From a virus (taxonomy: Duplodnaviria > Caudoviricetes): 64,000 bases of DNA. The notes beneath the pieces are model-generated. The model was not told the DNA's origin. It did not search any database and saw nothing but the letters and a program-made list of their open reading frames with translations. This document shows positions 18,367-28,656 of the stretch, in pieces (position 1 is the first letter of the stretch; each line of letters begins with the position of its first letter). The stretch covers positions 1,465-65,464 of the IMG/VR virus record IMGVR_UViG_3300010354_000081. The stretch is one strand, 5' to 3'. The position numbers and the translations under genes are program-made.

Positions 18367-19380
18367 ATGGTGATGATTGTCCCAGAGGATGTTCCTAGGC
18401 ACAACACCGCGATAGGTGCCGATAACCTAACGCCCGGAGGAATCATTTCTTCAAAAGGCTACAAAACTGTAAGGGAGGCTTTTCAAGAAGTTTCTTTCAA
18501 AACAACGATGCTTGAGTATTGGAAAGGGCAGATTGAAACCGTGCAGGACGGGAGGTATAACGGATCAAAATATGCCGGAAGTGTTCTCAGGTCTGCCATT
18601 TTAGAACATCCAAAAATTTTATTGGAACATGAGGATTTTACGAATGTAAAAATTACTCCGCATTTTAAAGAGGTGCAAGCGATAAGGTTGCCTTTTCCTA
18701 AAATGGTGGTAGTTGTAGGAGAGCCGTACGACTATATAAAACGTCTCATACCCGAACAACACAAAATGACCGCAGATTATGGCGATGGGCACTTACGACA
18801 TTTCTATTCGTTTTACGCCAGCCAAGTCGGAGATCAGGTGCATATTGTTGTACCTATGGTTGATCCAAAGGTAAGCCGCGCAACTTTGGTGGAGATTCAT
18901 ATGACCTATGGGGAAACACCTACAGGGGAAGCAAAAATGGCGGTGTGGATACTTCCCGAACAAACTGCATGGATAGGTCAGCGGGACGTAGATTTTGTGA
19001 CACGTTATTTGGCTGAAGCTATTTATATGATGACGCTGAACCCTGCCACCACACAAGCGTACGTATCAATACCTACCAAAGAAGAGATCGAGAAAAACAA
19101 AAAACGAATCAACAGGAATAAAAAGCCATTGATTGAATTTAAACTGATTACAATAGATGGCAAAAAACCAGACCCGATCAAAGCGCCCCCGCTTGGCACA
19201 CATGCTTCACCAAGACAACATTGGCGGCGTGGGCACTGGCGGCATTACGCATCGGGCAAGACTGTGTTCATTGACCCCATGCTGGTTGGTGACGAGAAAA
19301 ATGGCAAGATCGTGAAGGACTATGCGGTAGGACTTTATGACGATGCTAAAAATAAACGAGTGCAACAAGGACTTCAATGA
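18367..19380 (+). CDS. Hypothetical phage protein with C-terminal SPR.HWRRGHWR motif
   Basis: 337-aa ORF ending in THASPRQHWRRGHWRHY...VG. Confidence 0.75.
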   Translation: MVMIVPEDVPRHNTAIGADNLTPGGIISSKGYKTVREAFQEVSFKTTMLEYWKGQIETVQDGRYNGSKYAGSVLRSAILEHPKILLEHEDFTNVKITPHFKEVQAIRLPFPKMVVVVGEPYDYIKRLIPEQHKMTADYGDGHLRHFYSFYASQVGDQVHIVVPMVDPKVSRATLVEIHMTYGETPTGEAKMAVWILPEQTAWIGQRDVDFVTRYLAEAIYMMTLNPATTQAYVSIPTKEEIEKNKKRINRNKKPLIEFKLITIDGKKPDPIKAPPLGTHASPRQHWRRGHWRHYASGKTVFIDPMLVGDEKNGKIVKDYAVGLYDDAKNKRVQQGLQ

Positions 19381-21200
19381 TCATTACCGTAGACTTTGAA
19401 ACGTACTACGACAAAGAGTTCTCCCTATCTAAGCTCACCACCGAAGAATACGTACGTGACGATAAGTTTGAAGTCATCGGTGTAGGAGTCAAGGTTGACG
19501 ACGAAGAAACGTCTTGGCTGACTGGCACTAAGGACGAACTCAGAAAGCTTTTGCGTCAATACGATTGGGCGAACTCATTTGTGTTGGCGCACAACACGAT
19601 GTTTGATGGAGCCATTCTGTCGTGGCACTTTGGCATTACCCCCAAAGGCTGGTTCGATACCCTCTGCATGGCACGTGCGGTAAATGGTGTGGATGCCGGA
19701 GGTAGCTTGAAGGCGTTGGCAGAACGCTATCAGATTGGTGTCAAGGGCGACGAGGTTATCAATGCGCTGGGTAAACGCAGGGTGGATTTCTCTGAAGAAG
19801 AGTTAGCCCGATACGGTGCGTACTGCCGCAATGACGTGGATTTGACACACACCTTGTTTAGTATTCTGATGGAGTCTTTTCCTAAGAAAGAACTTAAAGT
19901 TATCGATACAACGCTAAAGATGTTTGTAGAACCAGAGCTGGAGTTGGACACGGCGATGCTGGAGCAGCATCTTATAGACGTGAAGACCAAGAAAGAAAAG
20001 CTTCTGGCAGCGGCGGCAGCGGACAAGGACACGTTGATGTCGAACGACAAGTTCGCAGAGTTGCTTATTAGTCTGAAGGTGGAGCCGCCCCGCAAGATCA
20101 GTGCGCGGACGGGTAAGGAGGCGTGGGCATTTGCCAAGACAGACGAGGAGTTCAAGGCACTTACAGAACACCCCGACCCACGGGTGCAAGCACTGGTGGC
20201 TGCACGGCTTGGTACAAAAACAACTTTGGAAGAAACTCGCACCCAGAGGTTTATCGATATTTCCAATCGGGGCAAGCTGCCTGTACCCATCAAGTATTAC
20301 GCAGCGCACACCGGACGGTGGGGCGGTGATGACAAGATTAACCTTCAGAACTTGCCGAGCCGAGGGCAAAACGCAGGTAAGTTGAAGGCATCCATCAAGC
20401 CGCCGGAGGGTTACGTCATCATCGACTCGGACTCATCGCAGATCGAAGCGCGGACAGTTGCGTGGCTGGCAGGACAAGATGATTTGGTGGAGGCGTTCGA
20501 CAAGGGTGAGGACGTGTACAAGATCATGGCATCCGCTATCTACGGCAAAGAAGTTGATGACATCACTAAAGAAGAACGGTTCGTGGGTAAGACTACGATT
20601 CTCGGTGCGGGTTACGGCATGGGCGCGGAGAAGTTTCAGAACCAACTCAAAATCTTTGGTGTGGACATCCCGCTGGAGGAGTGTAAGCGCATCATCATGG
20701 TCTACCGTCAGACCTACGCCAAGATTCCAGCGCTGTGGCGGGAAGCTCATAATTGTTTAAGCGCAATCATCAGCGGTAGTGGGGCGACATTTGGTGCAGT
20801 GGATGCCGTGCAGTTCGACGCATCCGAGCGCGGGTTCCTGCTACCAAGCGGACTATGGCAGCGGTACGATGGGTTGGAGAAAGTCTACGACCCAGAGGGT
20901 AAGGAGCAATACCAGTACAAGACCCGCAAGGGGTTTGTGAAAATTTATGGTGGTAAGGTGGTCGAGAACATCTGCCAAGCTGTTGCTAGGTGTGTAATTG
21001 CAGAGCAGATGATTAAGATCGCCAAGCAATACCGAGTGGTGCTCACCGTACATGATGCTGTGGCGTGTATCGCACCGGTGGAAGAGGCTCGTGAGGCTAA
21101 AAATTATGTAGAAACTTGTATGCGGTGGCGTCCAGACTGGGCGGCCACACTTCCTTTGAACTGTGAAGCTGGTGTCGGAGATAACTATGGGGCAGTCTAA
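19377..21200 (+). CDS. DNA polymerase family A with 3'-5' exonuclease
   Basis: ExoI DFET, HN..FD, motif A DSSQIEAR, motif B KTTILGAGYG, motif C TVHD. Confidence 0.95.
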   Translation: MIITVDFETYYDKEFSLSKLTTEEYVRDDKFEVIGVGVKVDDEETSWLTGTKDELRKLLRQYDWANSFVLAHNTMFDGAILSWHFGITPKGWFDTLCMARAVNGVDAGGSLKALAERYQIGVKGDEVINALGKRRVDFSEEELARYGAYCRNDVDLTHTLFSILMESFPKKELKVIDTTLKMFVEPELELDTAMLEQHLIDVKTKKEKLLAAAAADKDTLMSNDKFAELLISLKVEPPRKISARTGKEAWAFAKTDEEFKALTEHPDPRVQALVAARLGTKTTLEETRTQRFIDISNRGKLPVPIKYYAAHTGRWGGDDKINLQNLPSRGQNAGKLKASIKPPEGYVIIDSDSSQIEARTVAWLAGQDDLVEAFDKGEDVYKIMASAIYGKEVDDITKEERFVGKTTILGAGYGMGAEKFQNQLKIFGVDIPLEECKRIIMVYRQTYAKIPALWREAHNCLSAIISGSGATFGAVDAVQFDASERGFLLPSGLWQRYDGLEKVYDPEGKEQYQYKTRKGFVKIYGGKVVENICQAVARCVIAEQMIKIAKQYRVVLTVHDAVACIAPVEEAREAKNYVETCMRWRPDWAATLPLNCEAGVGDNYGAV

Positions 21201-21867
21201 AGTGGCTTGGTCGTACTCATCGCTGGACTTGTTCAAGCTCTGCCCACACAAGTACTACCGACTGAGGGTTAAGAAGGATGTGATTGACCCCCCGCAGGAA
21301 CACCTGCGCTTCGGGCTGGACGTACACAAGGCGGCAGAAGATTTCATCAAGGAGGGCAAGCCCATCCCCCCGCAGTACAGCACCATGCTGGAGCCACTAA
21401 AACGGCTGCGCGACATGGAAGGTGAGAAGTTGTGTGAGCAACGCTTTGGATTAACCCGGGACCTGAAGCCCTGCAAGTTCGGAGCAAAAGAAGTTTGGTG
21501 GAGAGGGATCGCCGATCTGATCGTGCTACGCGGGGACAGAGCCTACGTGGTGGATTACAAAACAAGCAAGTCCTCCAAGTACGCCGACACCAAGCAGTTG
21601 GAGATACTGTCGCTGGCTTTGTTCAAGCACTACCCGCAGGTCAAGAAGATTAAGGCGGGGCTGTTGTTCGTGGTGGCAAATGATTTTGTAACAACAGAGT
21701 ACGAAAAAGACAACGCTGGAACCTACTGGACTCGGTGGATCGAGGATGTTAATCGGTTGGAAAAGGCCGTAGAATTAAATGTGTGGAACCCACGCCCCAA
21801 CTTCACCTGCGGACAGTGGTGCCCAGTTAAGGACTGCATCCATAACGGTAAGGGAGAATACCGATGA
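21187..21867 (+). CDS. PD-(D/E)xK Cas4/RecB-like exonuclease
   Basis: WSYS..C, G..VH, D...DYKT, Q, C..CP...C iron-sulphur cysteine pattern. Confidence 0.85.
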   Translation: MGQSKVAWSYSSLDLFKLCPHKYYRLRVKKDVIDPPQEHLRFGLDVHKAAEDFIKEGKPIPPQYSTMLEPLKRLRDMEGEKLCEQRFGLTRDLKPCKFGAKEVWWRGIADLIVLRGDRAYVVDYKTSKSSKYADTKQLEILSLALFKHYPQVKKIKAGLLFVVANDFVTTEYEKDNAGTYWTRWIEDVNRLEKAVELNVWNPRPNFTCGQWCPVKDCIHNGKGEYR

Positions 21868-22175
21868 GCAACGATTTGACGGTTCGTTTGAGCGATCTCC
21901 CACCGGAAGAAGGTGGCGCTTCTTTTATGGACGTGGGGTACTTCACTGATAAGGATACTGGCAACAGCGCACAGACGATGCTCACCCTGTCTGATTTTGG
22001 CGGTGCTGTCATAAACTTGTACATAAAAAATAAATACAACAGCGAAGAGATAGTTAAGATTGAAGACGTAGACACCATTACTGTTGAGTTCTACGGAAGT
22101 GCCGAACGGAGTGACTTTTTACGGGGGCTGCAAATGATTTTAGCCGCAGAGAAAATCACAGATATTCTTACGTAG
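21864..22175 (+). CDS. Hypothetical protein
   Basis: 103 aa, coupled start. Confidence 0.65.
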   Translation: MSNDLTVRLSDLPPEEGGASFMDVGYFTDKDTGNSAQTMLTLSDFGGAVINLYIKNKYNSEEIVKIEDVDTITVEFYGSAERSDFLRGLQMILAAEKITDILT

Positions 22176-22185
22176 CGAGGTTAGC

Positions 22186-22482
22186 ATGCCGTACAAAAAC
22201 AAAGAGGATCGCAACTACAAACGTGAATACGCTAAGTATCAGGGAACCGAAGAGCAGAAGAACAATCGGGTCGAGCGCAACGCTGCACGTAGGAAGTTGT
22301 TGAAAGATGGTAAGGTCAGTAAGGGCGATGGCAAAGATGTGTCGCACCGCAAAGCCATCGACAAAGGGGGTTCCACAAAAGATGGAGTCCGTGTAGAATC
22401 AAAGACAGCAAACAGATCGTTTCGTCGGGATAGCCAAGGGAACTTAGTTTCCGAGAAGAGCAAGCGCGAAGCGAAGAAGTAA
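22186..22482 (+). CDS. Small basic HNH-like nuclease
   Basis: RNYKREY...RNAARR...GDGKDVSH...KGG...NRS. Confidence 0.65.
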   Translation: MPYKNKEDRNYKREYAKYQGTEEQKNNRVERNAARRKLLKDGKVSKGDGKDVSHRKAIDKGGSTKDGVRVESKTANRSFRRDSQGNLVSEKSKREAKK

Positions 22483-22558
22483 GTAGTTTACAAAGTAAGG
22501 TTTTCAGTAGGCCGCGAGTGGAAATACCACTTTCGGCCTATCAGTGTCTGGAGAAAGA

Positions 22559-24106
22559 GTGCAAATCATCGAAGACAGAGCGCTGCTGTTGCGGGTAAAA
22601 GAACCTAACCGCATCACGACAGTCATACCAAAAGCAAAAATCCTCAACACAGGTGAGGTGCTTGTGAAGTGGGGTTTGGAAGAGGCAATGGTTCTTAAGA
22701 ACCTGCGCATCAAAAACGTACCATCCCCGATTAAAAACAAGTATTCGTGGCCCGGGCTGTATAAGCCGTTCGACCATCAAAAAGAAACGGCATCGTTCCT
22801 AACCCTGCACAAACGGGCGTTTTGTTTTAACGAGCAGGGCACTGGCAAGACATCGAGTGTGATATGGGCTACGGACTACCTGCTAAACGAGGGAGTCATC
22901 AAGCGGGTGCTAGTGCTGTGCCCACTATCCATCATGCAGTCGGCGTGGGAGACAGACTTATTTAGGTTTGCCATGCACCGCACCTGCGCTATCGCGCACA
23001 GCTATTCCAAAGAGAAACGTGTTGCCGCTATCAACAGCGAAGCTGAGTTCGTGATCATCAACTACGATGGGTTGGAGATCGTCAAGGAGGAAGTTGCTGC
23101 GGCTAACTTTGATTTAATTGTGGTGGATGAGGCTAACGCCTACAAAAATGTTCAGACGAAACGCTGGAAAACGCTGGCGTCAATCATCAAGCCATCGACA
23201 TGGGTATGGATGCTGACCGGAACCCCTGCGTCACAGTCCCCAACAGATGCCTACGGACTTGCCAAGATCATCAACCCAAGTGGAGTGCCTAAGTTTCAGG
23301 GTGCCTTCCGCGACATGGTAATGCAGCGCATTACACAATTTAAGTGGATACCCAAGCCACGCTCAGAGAAGATAGTGCATGAGGTTCTGCAACCCGCCAT
23401 CCGGTTTACCAAAGCAGAGTGCCTCGACCTACCGGAGATGACCTACGTAACTCGGGACGTGCCGCTATCTGCGCAACAGAAAAAGTTTTACGAGATCATC
23501 CGCAGGGACATGATGACGGTTGCCGCAGGAGAAGAGATCACTACGGTGAACGCGGCAGCAAACCTAAACAAGTTGCTACAGTTATCTTGTGGTGCTGTTT
23601 ACGCGGACACTGGAGAAGTCGTGGCGTTCGATGCCAAGACTAGGATGGCTGCGCTGTTGGAGGTCATTGAAGAAGCTAGTCACAAAGTCATCGTCTTTGC
23701 GCCGTTCAAACATGCTATCGAAATCGTTGCCGAAGAGTTAAAGAAAAACGGTATTAGCACAGAGGTAATTCATGGTGGCATCAGTGCAACGAGACGCACT
23801 GAGATATTTGCTAATTTCCAAACGGAGACAAATCCACAAGTGTTGGTCATCCAGCCACAAGCTGCTGCACATGGCGTAACGCTACACGCTGCGAACGTCG
23901 TAGTGTGGTGGGGTCCGATTACATCTATCGAAACTTATTTACAGGCGAACGCTAGAGTGCATCGGGCCGGGCAACGCAATCCATGCACAGTGGTACATCT
24001 TCAGGGGAGTCCGGTTGAACATCGAATTTATAAGATGCTATCGGAGAAGGTGGACATACATGCGAAGCTGATTGATCTCTATAAAAATGTGATGCAAGAC
24101 ACTTGA
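22559..24106 (+). CDS. SNF2-family (SF2) helicase
   Basis: QGTGKT, VVDEA, TGTP, HGVTL, QANARVHRAGQ; GTG start after GGAG. Confidence 0.92.
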   Translation: MQIIEDRALLLRVKEPNRITTVIPKAKILNTGEVLVKWGLEEAMVLKNLRIKNVPSPIKNKYSWPGLYKPFDHQKETASFLTLHKRAFCFNEQGTGKTSSVIWATDYLLNEGVIKRVLVLCPLSIMQSAWETDLFRFAMHRTCAIAHSYSKEKRVAAINSEAEFVIINYDGLEIVKEEVAAANFDLIVVDEANAYKNVQTKRWKTLASIIKPSTWVWMLTGTPASQSPTDAYGLAKIINPSGVPKFQGAFRDMVMQRITQFKWIPKPRSEKIVHEVLQPAIRFTKAECLDLPEMTYVTRDVPLSAQQKKFYEIIRRDMMTVAAGEEITTVNAAANLNKLLQLSCGAVYADTGEVVAFDAKTRMAALLEVIEEASHKVIVFAPFKHAIEIVAEELKKNGISTEVIHGGISATRRTEIFANFQTETNPQVLVIQPQAAAHGVTLHAANVVVWWGPITSIETYLQANARVHRAGQRNPCTVVHLQGSPVEHRIYKMLSEKVDIHAKLIDLYKNVMQDT

Positions 24107-24131
24107 CAAAGTAAAGTAGCATCACCATAAT
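24103..24131 (+). promoter_or_regulatory. sigma70-like promoter
   Basis: TTGACA-17bp-CATAAT upstream of the SSB/primase genes. Confidence 0.75.
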
Positions 24132-24163
24132 CGATCTGCCTTTTACAAACGAAGGAGAGTGCA

Positions 24164-24547
24164 ATGACTGACCCCATCAATGCCGATAGGCTTACAAAAG
24201 TCTACGTCAAGATACGAGAAAAGCGTAGAGAACTCGCCAAGCAAGATAAAGAACTCGAAGAGCAATTAGAAGCTGTCGCTACACAGTTGCTTGAGATTTG
24301 CAAAGAGCAAGGCGCTGCAACTATACGCACCCAACACGGTACTATTTCACGAAGAACTAATAAACGATTCTGGCCTACGGATTGGGATGCGTTTTATAAG
24401 TTCATCAAAGATCAAGACGCTATGTCACTGCTTTATCAACGCATCAATACAGCTAACATGGAACAGTTTCTTGAAGAAAACCCCGATCTACATCCGCCGG
24501 GGTTGAACGCGGATGTATCACAATCAATTGTCATTATCAAACGCTAG
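24164..24547 (+). CDS. Conserved replication-module protein
   Basis: YVKIR coiled coil, T.HGT, DW..FY.F, PPGLN motifs. Confidence 0.75.
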   Translation: MTDPINADRLTKVYVKIREKRRELAKQDKELEEQLEAVATQLLEICKEQGAATIRTQHGTISRRTNKRFWPTDWDAFYKFIKDQDAMSLLYQRINTANMEQFLEENPDLHPPGLNADVSQSIVIIKR

Positions 24548-24557
24548 GAGAGTGCAA

Positions 24558-25448
24558 ATGAGCAACGAACTTGCAGTATTTGACCAAGGGCTTCCGTCTT
24601 ACCTGAAGAACGCGGAGCTTGATGCAACCACTAAAGCTTTGATGGGCGGCGGTGGTGGTGAATCAAAACGTATTTCCATCAAGGGCGGCGTATGGCGCAT
24701 GATGGTGAATGGTAAGGAAGTAGCTAAGAACGAAGATCGCTCGATGAATGTTGTGATCGTCGCAGCGGCAGAGAAAGTATCAAGGACGTTTTATGCAAAG
24801 CAATTTTCAGAAGGAGGTGAAGTCACAGCCCCCGACTGCTGGTCAGCGAATGGAGAAATGCCAGACGCAAAAGTCAAAGAACCACAAGCCAAACGATGCC
24901 TCGACTGCCCCCAGAATGTTAGAGGCTCGGGACAGGGTGAAAGCCGTGCTTGCCGTTACAGTCAACGCTTGGCTGTAGTACTAGCCAATGATGTTAGGGG
25001 CGACATATTCCAACTGACTCTACCTGCTGCATCTATCTTTGGTAGCGGTGAAGCTGGTAAGTGGCCTCTGCAAACTTACGCCAAGATGATTGGCAGCAAG
25101 GGCGTACCCATCACCGCAGTTGTCACCGAGATGCGCTTTGATACTGACAGCGCTACACCGAAGCTGACGTTTAAGCCAGTGCGTGTACTGGAACCGCAGG
25201 AGCATGAGGCTGCAATCGCACAGGGTAAAACCCCCGCTGCACAACGTGCAATCACCATGACTGTTGCTGAGACGGATGGTGTCAAGGTTGCGGAAGCTGC
25301 TGCCGTTGAGTTTGAGACGGTGAAGCCAAAAGCTGCGCCTGTCGAAGTTGTAGTAGAAGAAGAACCTGTAAAACGCACGGCTAAGAAAGAAGAAGCACCA
25401 GCCGACAAGAAAGACCTGTCCAAAATCCTCGACGAATGGGATGACTAA
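24558..25448 (+). CDS. Putative single-stranded DNA-binding protein
   Basis: RISIKGG, PDCWS, C..CP.N..GS...RAC, acidic C-terminus ILDEWDD. Confidence 0.65.
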   Translation: MSNELAVFDQGLPSYLKNAELDATTKALMGGGGGESKRISIKGGVWRMMVNGKEVAKNEDRSMNVVIVAAAEKVSRTFYAKQFSEGGEVTAPDCWSANGEMPDAKVKEPQAKRCLDCPQNVRGSGQGESRACRYSQRLAVVLANDVRGDIFQLTLPAASIFGSGEAGKWPLQTYAKMIGSKGVPITAVVTEMRFDTDSATPKLTFKPVRVLEPQEHEAAIAQGKTPAAQRAITMTVAETDGVKVAEAAAVEFETVKPKAAPVEVVVEEEPVKRTAKKEEAPADKKDLSKILDEWDD

Positions 25449-25449
25449 T

Positions 25450-25680
25450 ATGCCTACCGGATACTCACTGCTAACCGTAGAAGAGATTCGAAGAGCTGAC
25501 CAAAGACTGCTTGGAGTGCAACTCGCACAGATTTGTCTTAGAGACGACATTCCTGTTACCGATGTTGCCGAGTTCTTTAGTGTCAGCCGCATGACCGTTT
25601 ACAACTGGTTCAAAGGTAAAGCGGTTGTGTCAGGCAAACATGCGGAGCGCATGAAGAAGCTAATAACAAAATTAGCTTAA
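25450..25680 (+). CDS. Cro-like HTH protein
   Basis: VTDVAEFFSVSRMTVYNWFKG; directly upstream of the primase. Confidence 0.8.
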   Translation: MPTGYSLLTVEEIRRADQRLLGVQLAQICLRDDIPVTDVAEFFSVSRMTVYNWFKGKAVVSGKHAERMKKLITKLA

Positions 25681-25691
25681 TTGGTTGTAGG

Positions 25692-25770
25692 GGGGCTAGG
25701 TTAGCTACCGAAAAGGGCGTTGCCGTCACGCCCCTGCCCATCCTCTTTTGACGGTTCGTTGAGGACGGCT
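25692..25770 (+). promoter_or_regulatory. Structured 5' leader of the primase-helicase (putative cis-regulatory RNA)
   Basis: GGGCGT/ACGCCC stem; CCGTCA (25723-28) complementary to TGACGG (25749-54); TCCTC (25741-45) complementary to SD GAGGA (25761-65). Confidence 0.5.
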
Positions 25771-28656
25771 ATGCTTTCACGCAAAGAATTTTTTGCACTG
25801 GTGTTACCACCTCTGGAAGAAGGTGAGCACTACTGCAATTGGGGTAATAGAAGAGATTATGTAGAAGAAGGTGGAGAACTTAAACCCAAAGATGTTGTCC
25901 GGCAACGATTTGCAGATAGCATCGACGTTCTCAGCACCCAAGCCGACGCGTTTCAAGCGGACGGGTTCAATGCTTTCTTTGGGCTGGCGAAGTTTGGTGC
26001 GGTAAAGAACGGTCGGTATGCGGTTAATGCGATTGCGCTCAAGTCATTTTTCTTAGACCTTGATTGTGGTGAGGGGAAGCCCTACGCCACGTTAGATGAT
26101 GGGTTAGTAGCGCTCAAGAACTTTTGCAAAGCCACTGGGCTACCGAAGCCGACGATTCTTAGGTCTGGGCGCGGTGCGCACGTGTACTGGATTCTTGAAG
26201 AGCCTCTCACCAGAGAGGAGTGGAAGCCATTTGCCGAGCAGCTCAAGACCCTTTGCAGCACACACAAGTTTGATATTGACTACGCTGTGCCAGCAGATGC
26301 GGCACGGGTACTGCGCGTTCCTGAAACCAACCACCTAAAAGACCCGACCAATCCGATACCGGTCGAGATTCTGTATCTGGCACCGCTGGTTCCGAACGAG
26401 CGTATAAAAGAACTGTTAGAGCCGTCAGATGCCATACTAGATACCGTTGCCAAAGAGTTTGGTAAGCGCCCCCTTGACGCAACGACCCTAGCTTTGATTG
26501 GCGCGAGTCAGTCACGCTTCAAGACAATCCTAATCAAATCGGTTGAGGGTAACGGCTGCGCACAGATCGTCAACATCTACGACAACCAAGCCACAATCGA
26601 AGAGCCGTTGTGGAGAGCCGGTCTGTCCATTGCCCAACAGTGCATAGACCGCGACAAAGCAATACACGTTATTAGCAAGGGGTATCCGGGGTATTCGTCT
26701 GAGAACACCGAGAAGAAAGCTAATGAGACGAAAGGCCCGTACACCTGCGATACATTCAAAAAGTTAAATCCAGTTGGATGCGAAGGGTGTACGTTAAAGA
26801 TCACCTCGCCGATTCAGCTTGGTAAAGAAATCGTAGAAGCAACAGAAGAGCAAAGCACCGTCATTGGCATCGAGGCACAGACTAAAGAGGCCAAGGAATA
26901 CGTCATCCCGAAACTACCATTCCCATTTTTCCGTGGCAAGAATGGTGGTGTGTTCGTCCATACCAAAGACAAGGACGGTAACGACATAGATGAAGTTGTT
27001 TACCCATACGACTTCTACGTAGTTAAGCGGATGACTGACCCTGATTTGGGGGAGACGTTGCTGCTACGCCTCCACCTGCCAAAAGACGGAGTGCGCGAGT
27101 TCATCATGCCTTTGGCTTCGGCACTGGCTAAAGATAAGTTCAGAGAGATCATCGCATCGCATGGCATCGCTGCGCTCAGTAAGCAGCAAGATACGCTCAT
27201 GTGGTACGTGACGAAATGGGTAGAGGAGTTGCAAATGAAGATGGGCGCGGAGAAAGCACACAAACAGTTTGGCTGGACGGAAGACCAGTCTGCAATCATC
27301 GTAGGCGACAGAGAGATCAAAGCAACGGGAGTAAGTTACAGCCCTCCATCTGCACCGACCCTACCACTGGTGCCGTTGTTCACACCCAAAGGCGACTTCC
27401 ATGTTTGGAAAGATGTAATCAACGCGTACGGCAGACCGGGGATGGAGGGCAGGGCTTTCGCTTTCTTCACGGGGTTTGGCACGTTGCTAATGCCGTTCGT
27501 TGCAAAGGGTGCGCTTGATGGTTTCCTTATTAACCTGATGAGCCGTGAGTCTGGTTCGGGTAAAACGACAGTACTCCATGCACTCAACAGCATTTACGGT
27601 AGGCCAAAAGAGTTGCTGCTATCCCCCAAAGATACGTACAACGCACGGATGCAGCGGTTCGGAACCCTGCAAAACCTTTGCCTGACGATGGACGAGATCA
27701 CCAACATGCAGTCAGAGCACATGTCACAACAAATTTATGACGTGACTTCTGGGCGGGGCAAGAACCGAATGAGTCGGCACGAGAACGCCGAGCGACTAAA
27801 CCACACCAAGTTTTCTAGTGGGTTGGTTACGTCAAGCAATCGGTCAGTGCCCGACATGCTGCTAAACATAAAGGGCTTTCCCGATGGCGAACTAAATCGT
27901 ATCTTGGAGATCAACATGAAGCCAGATACGTACAACGATCCTGCATGGTCAAGGAATCACTTTGGCAGACTAATGGCTAACTACGGGCATGCTATCGAGC
28001 CGTATTCGCAAGCGATACTAGGCCAACTCCCGATGGTGATTAAGAAGATAGAGGAGTTCGAAGCCAAGATAGATGCGGCTGCTGGCATTACGAATACAGA
28101 ACGGTACTGGTCAGCTATGGTCACAATCAATATAGCAGGTGGTGCTATTGCCAAGATGCTTGGCTTGCACGACATACCAATCAAGCCGGTGTTTGACTTT
28201 GGCGTTAACTTGGTCAAGGAGACACGTGTTCGCACCAAAGAGCTGATGCTGGATGCCGATGACTTTCTTGGTGGGTTTTTGCAGCGTCACTTTCACGAGA
28301 TTCTGGTCATCAATGGCAATCGCGACAAGCGCACTGGTGCAGAATATGGACCGATTCGTGAACCTCGCGGGGCACTGATCATACGATATGAACCGGACAC
28401 TAAACTATTGTTTGTTGTTACAAAGGCTTATAGGGACGACTGCTCCAAGCTGTTCATGAACTTTGAAGAATCTTTGATCCCTTATCGCAAGAACAAAGCG
28501 TTCGTGGAGATCAAGAAGAAGCGCATGACAGCAGGAACCGTCGCGAATATGCAAGCCCCAGTTAGCGCCATCTGCTTCGATACATCCAAACTGGAATACT
28601 TTAGCGAAACTGTGTTGCTAAAAAATGAAGATACTGGGACTGCCACTGCTGATTGA
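25771..28656 (+). CDS. AEP primase-polymerase fused to DUF927-type helicase
   Basis: FLDLDCG, SGRGAHVYW, ARVLRVP; Cys cluster GPYTC..C..C; Walker A ESGSGKTT, Walker B MDEIT. Confidence 0.9.
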   Translation: MLSRKEFFALVLPPLEEGEHYCNWGNRRDYVEEGGELKPKDVVRQRFADSIDVLSTQADAFQADGFNAFFGLAKFGAVKNGRYAVNAIALKSFFLDLDCGEGKPYATLDDGLVALKNFCKATGLPKPTILRSGRGAHVYWILEEPLTREEWKPFAEQLKTLCSTHKFDIDYAVPADAARVLRVPETNHLKDPTNPIPVEILYLAPLVPNERIKELLEPSDAILDTVAKEFGKRPLDATTLALIGASQSRFKTILIKSVEGNGCAQIVNIYDNQATIEEPLWRAGLSIAQQCIDRDKAIHVISKGYPGYSSENTEKKANETKGPYTCDTFKKLNPVGCEGCTLKITSPIQLGKEIVEATEEQSTVIGIEAQTKEAKEYVIPKLPFPFFRGKNGGVFVHTKDKDGNDIDEVVYPYDFYVVKRMTDPDLGETLLLRLHLPKDGVREFIMPLASALAKDKFREIIASHGIAALSKQQDTLMWYVTKWVEELQMKMGAEKAHKQFGWTEDQSAIIVGDREIKATGVSYSPPSAPTLPLVPLFTPKGDFHVWKDVINAYGRPGMEGRAFAFFTGFGTLLMPFVAKGALDGFLINLMSRESGSGKTTVLHALNSIYGRPKELLLSPKDTYNARMQRFGTLQNLCLTMDEITNMQSEHMSQQIYDVTSGRGKNRMSRHENAERLNHTKFSSGLVTSSNRSVPDMLLNIKGFPDGELNRILEINMKPDTYNDPAWSRNHFGRLMANYGHAIEPYSQAILGQLPMVIKKIEEFEAKIDAAAGITNTERYWSAMVTINIAGGAIAKMLGLHDIPIKPVFDFGVNLVKETRVRTKELMLDADDFLGGFLQRHFHEILVINGNRDKRTGAEYGPIREPRGALIIRYEPDTKLLFVVTKAYRDDCSKLFMNFEESLIPYRKNKAFVEIKKKRMTAGTVANMQAPVSAICFDTSKLEYFSETVLLKNEDTGTATAD

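Noticed and set aside
21187-21867. Cas4-like gene as part of a CRISPR-Cas system
   Set aside because: Solo nuclease in a replication module; no other cas genes or array
25692-25745. Hammerhead ribozyme (GAAA in a multi-stem junction)
   Set aside because: The CUGAnGA core is absent
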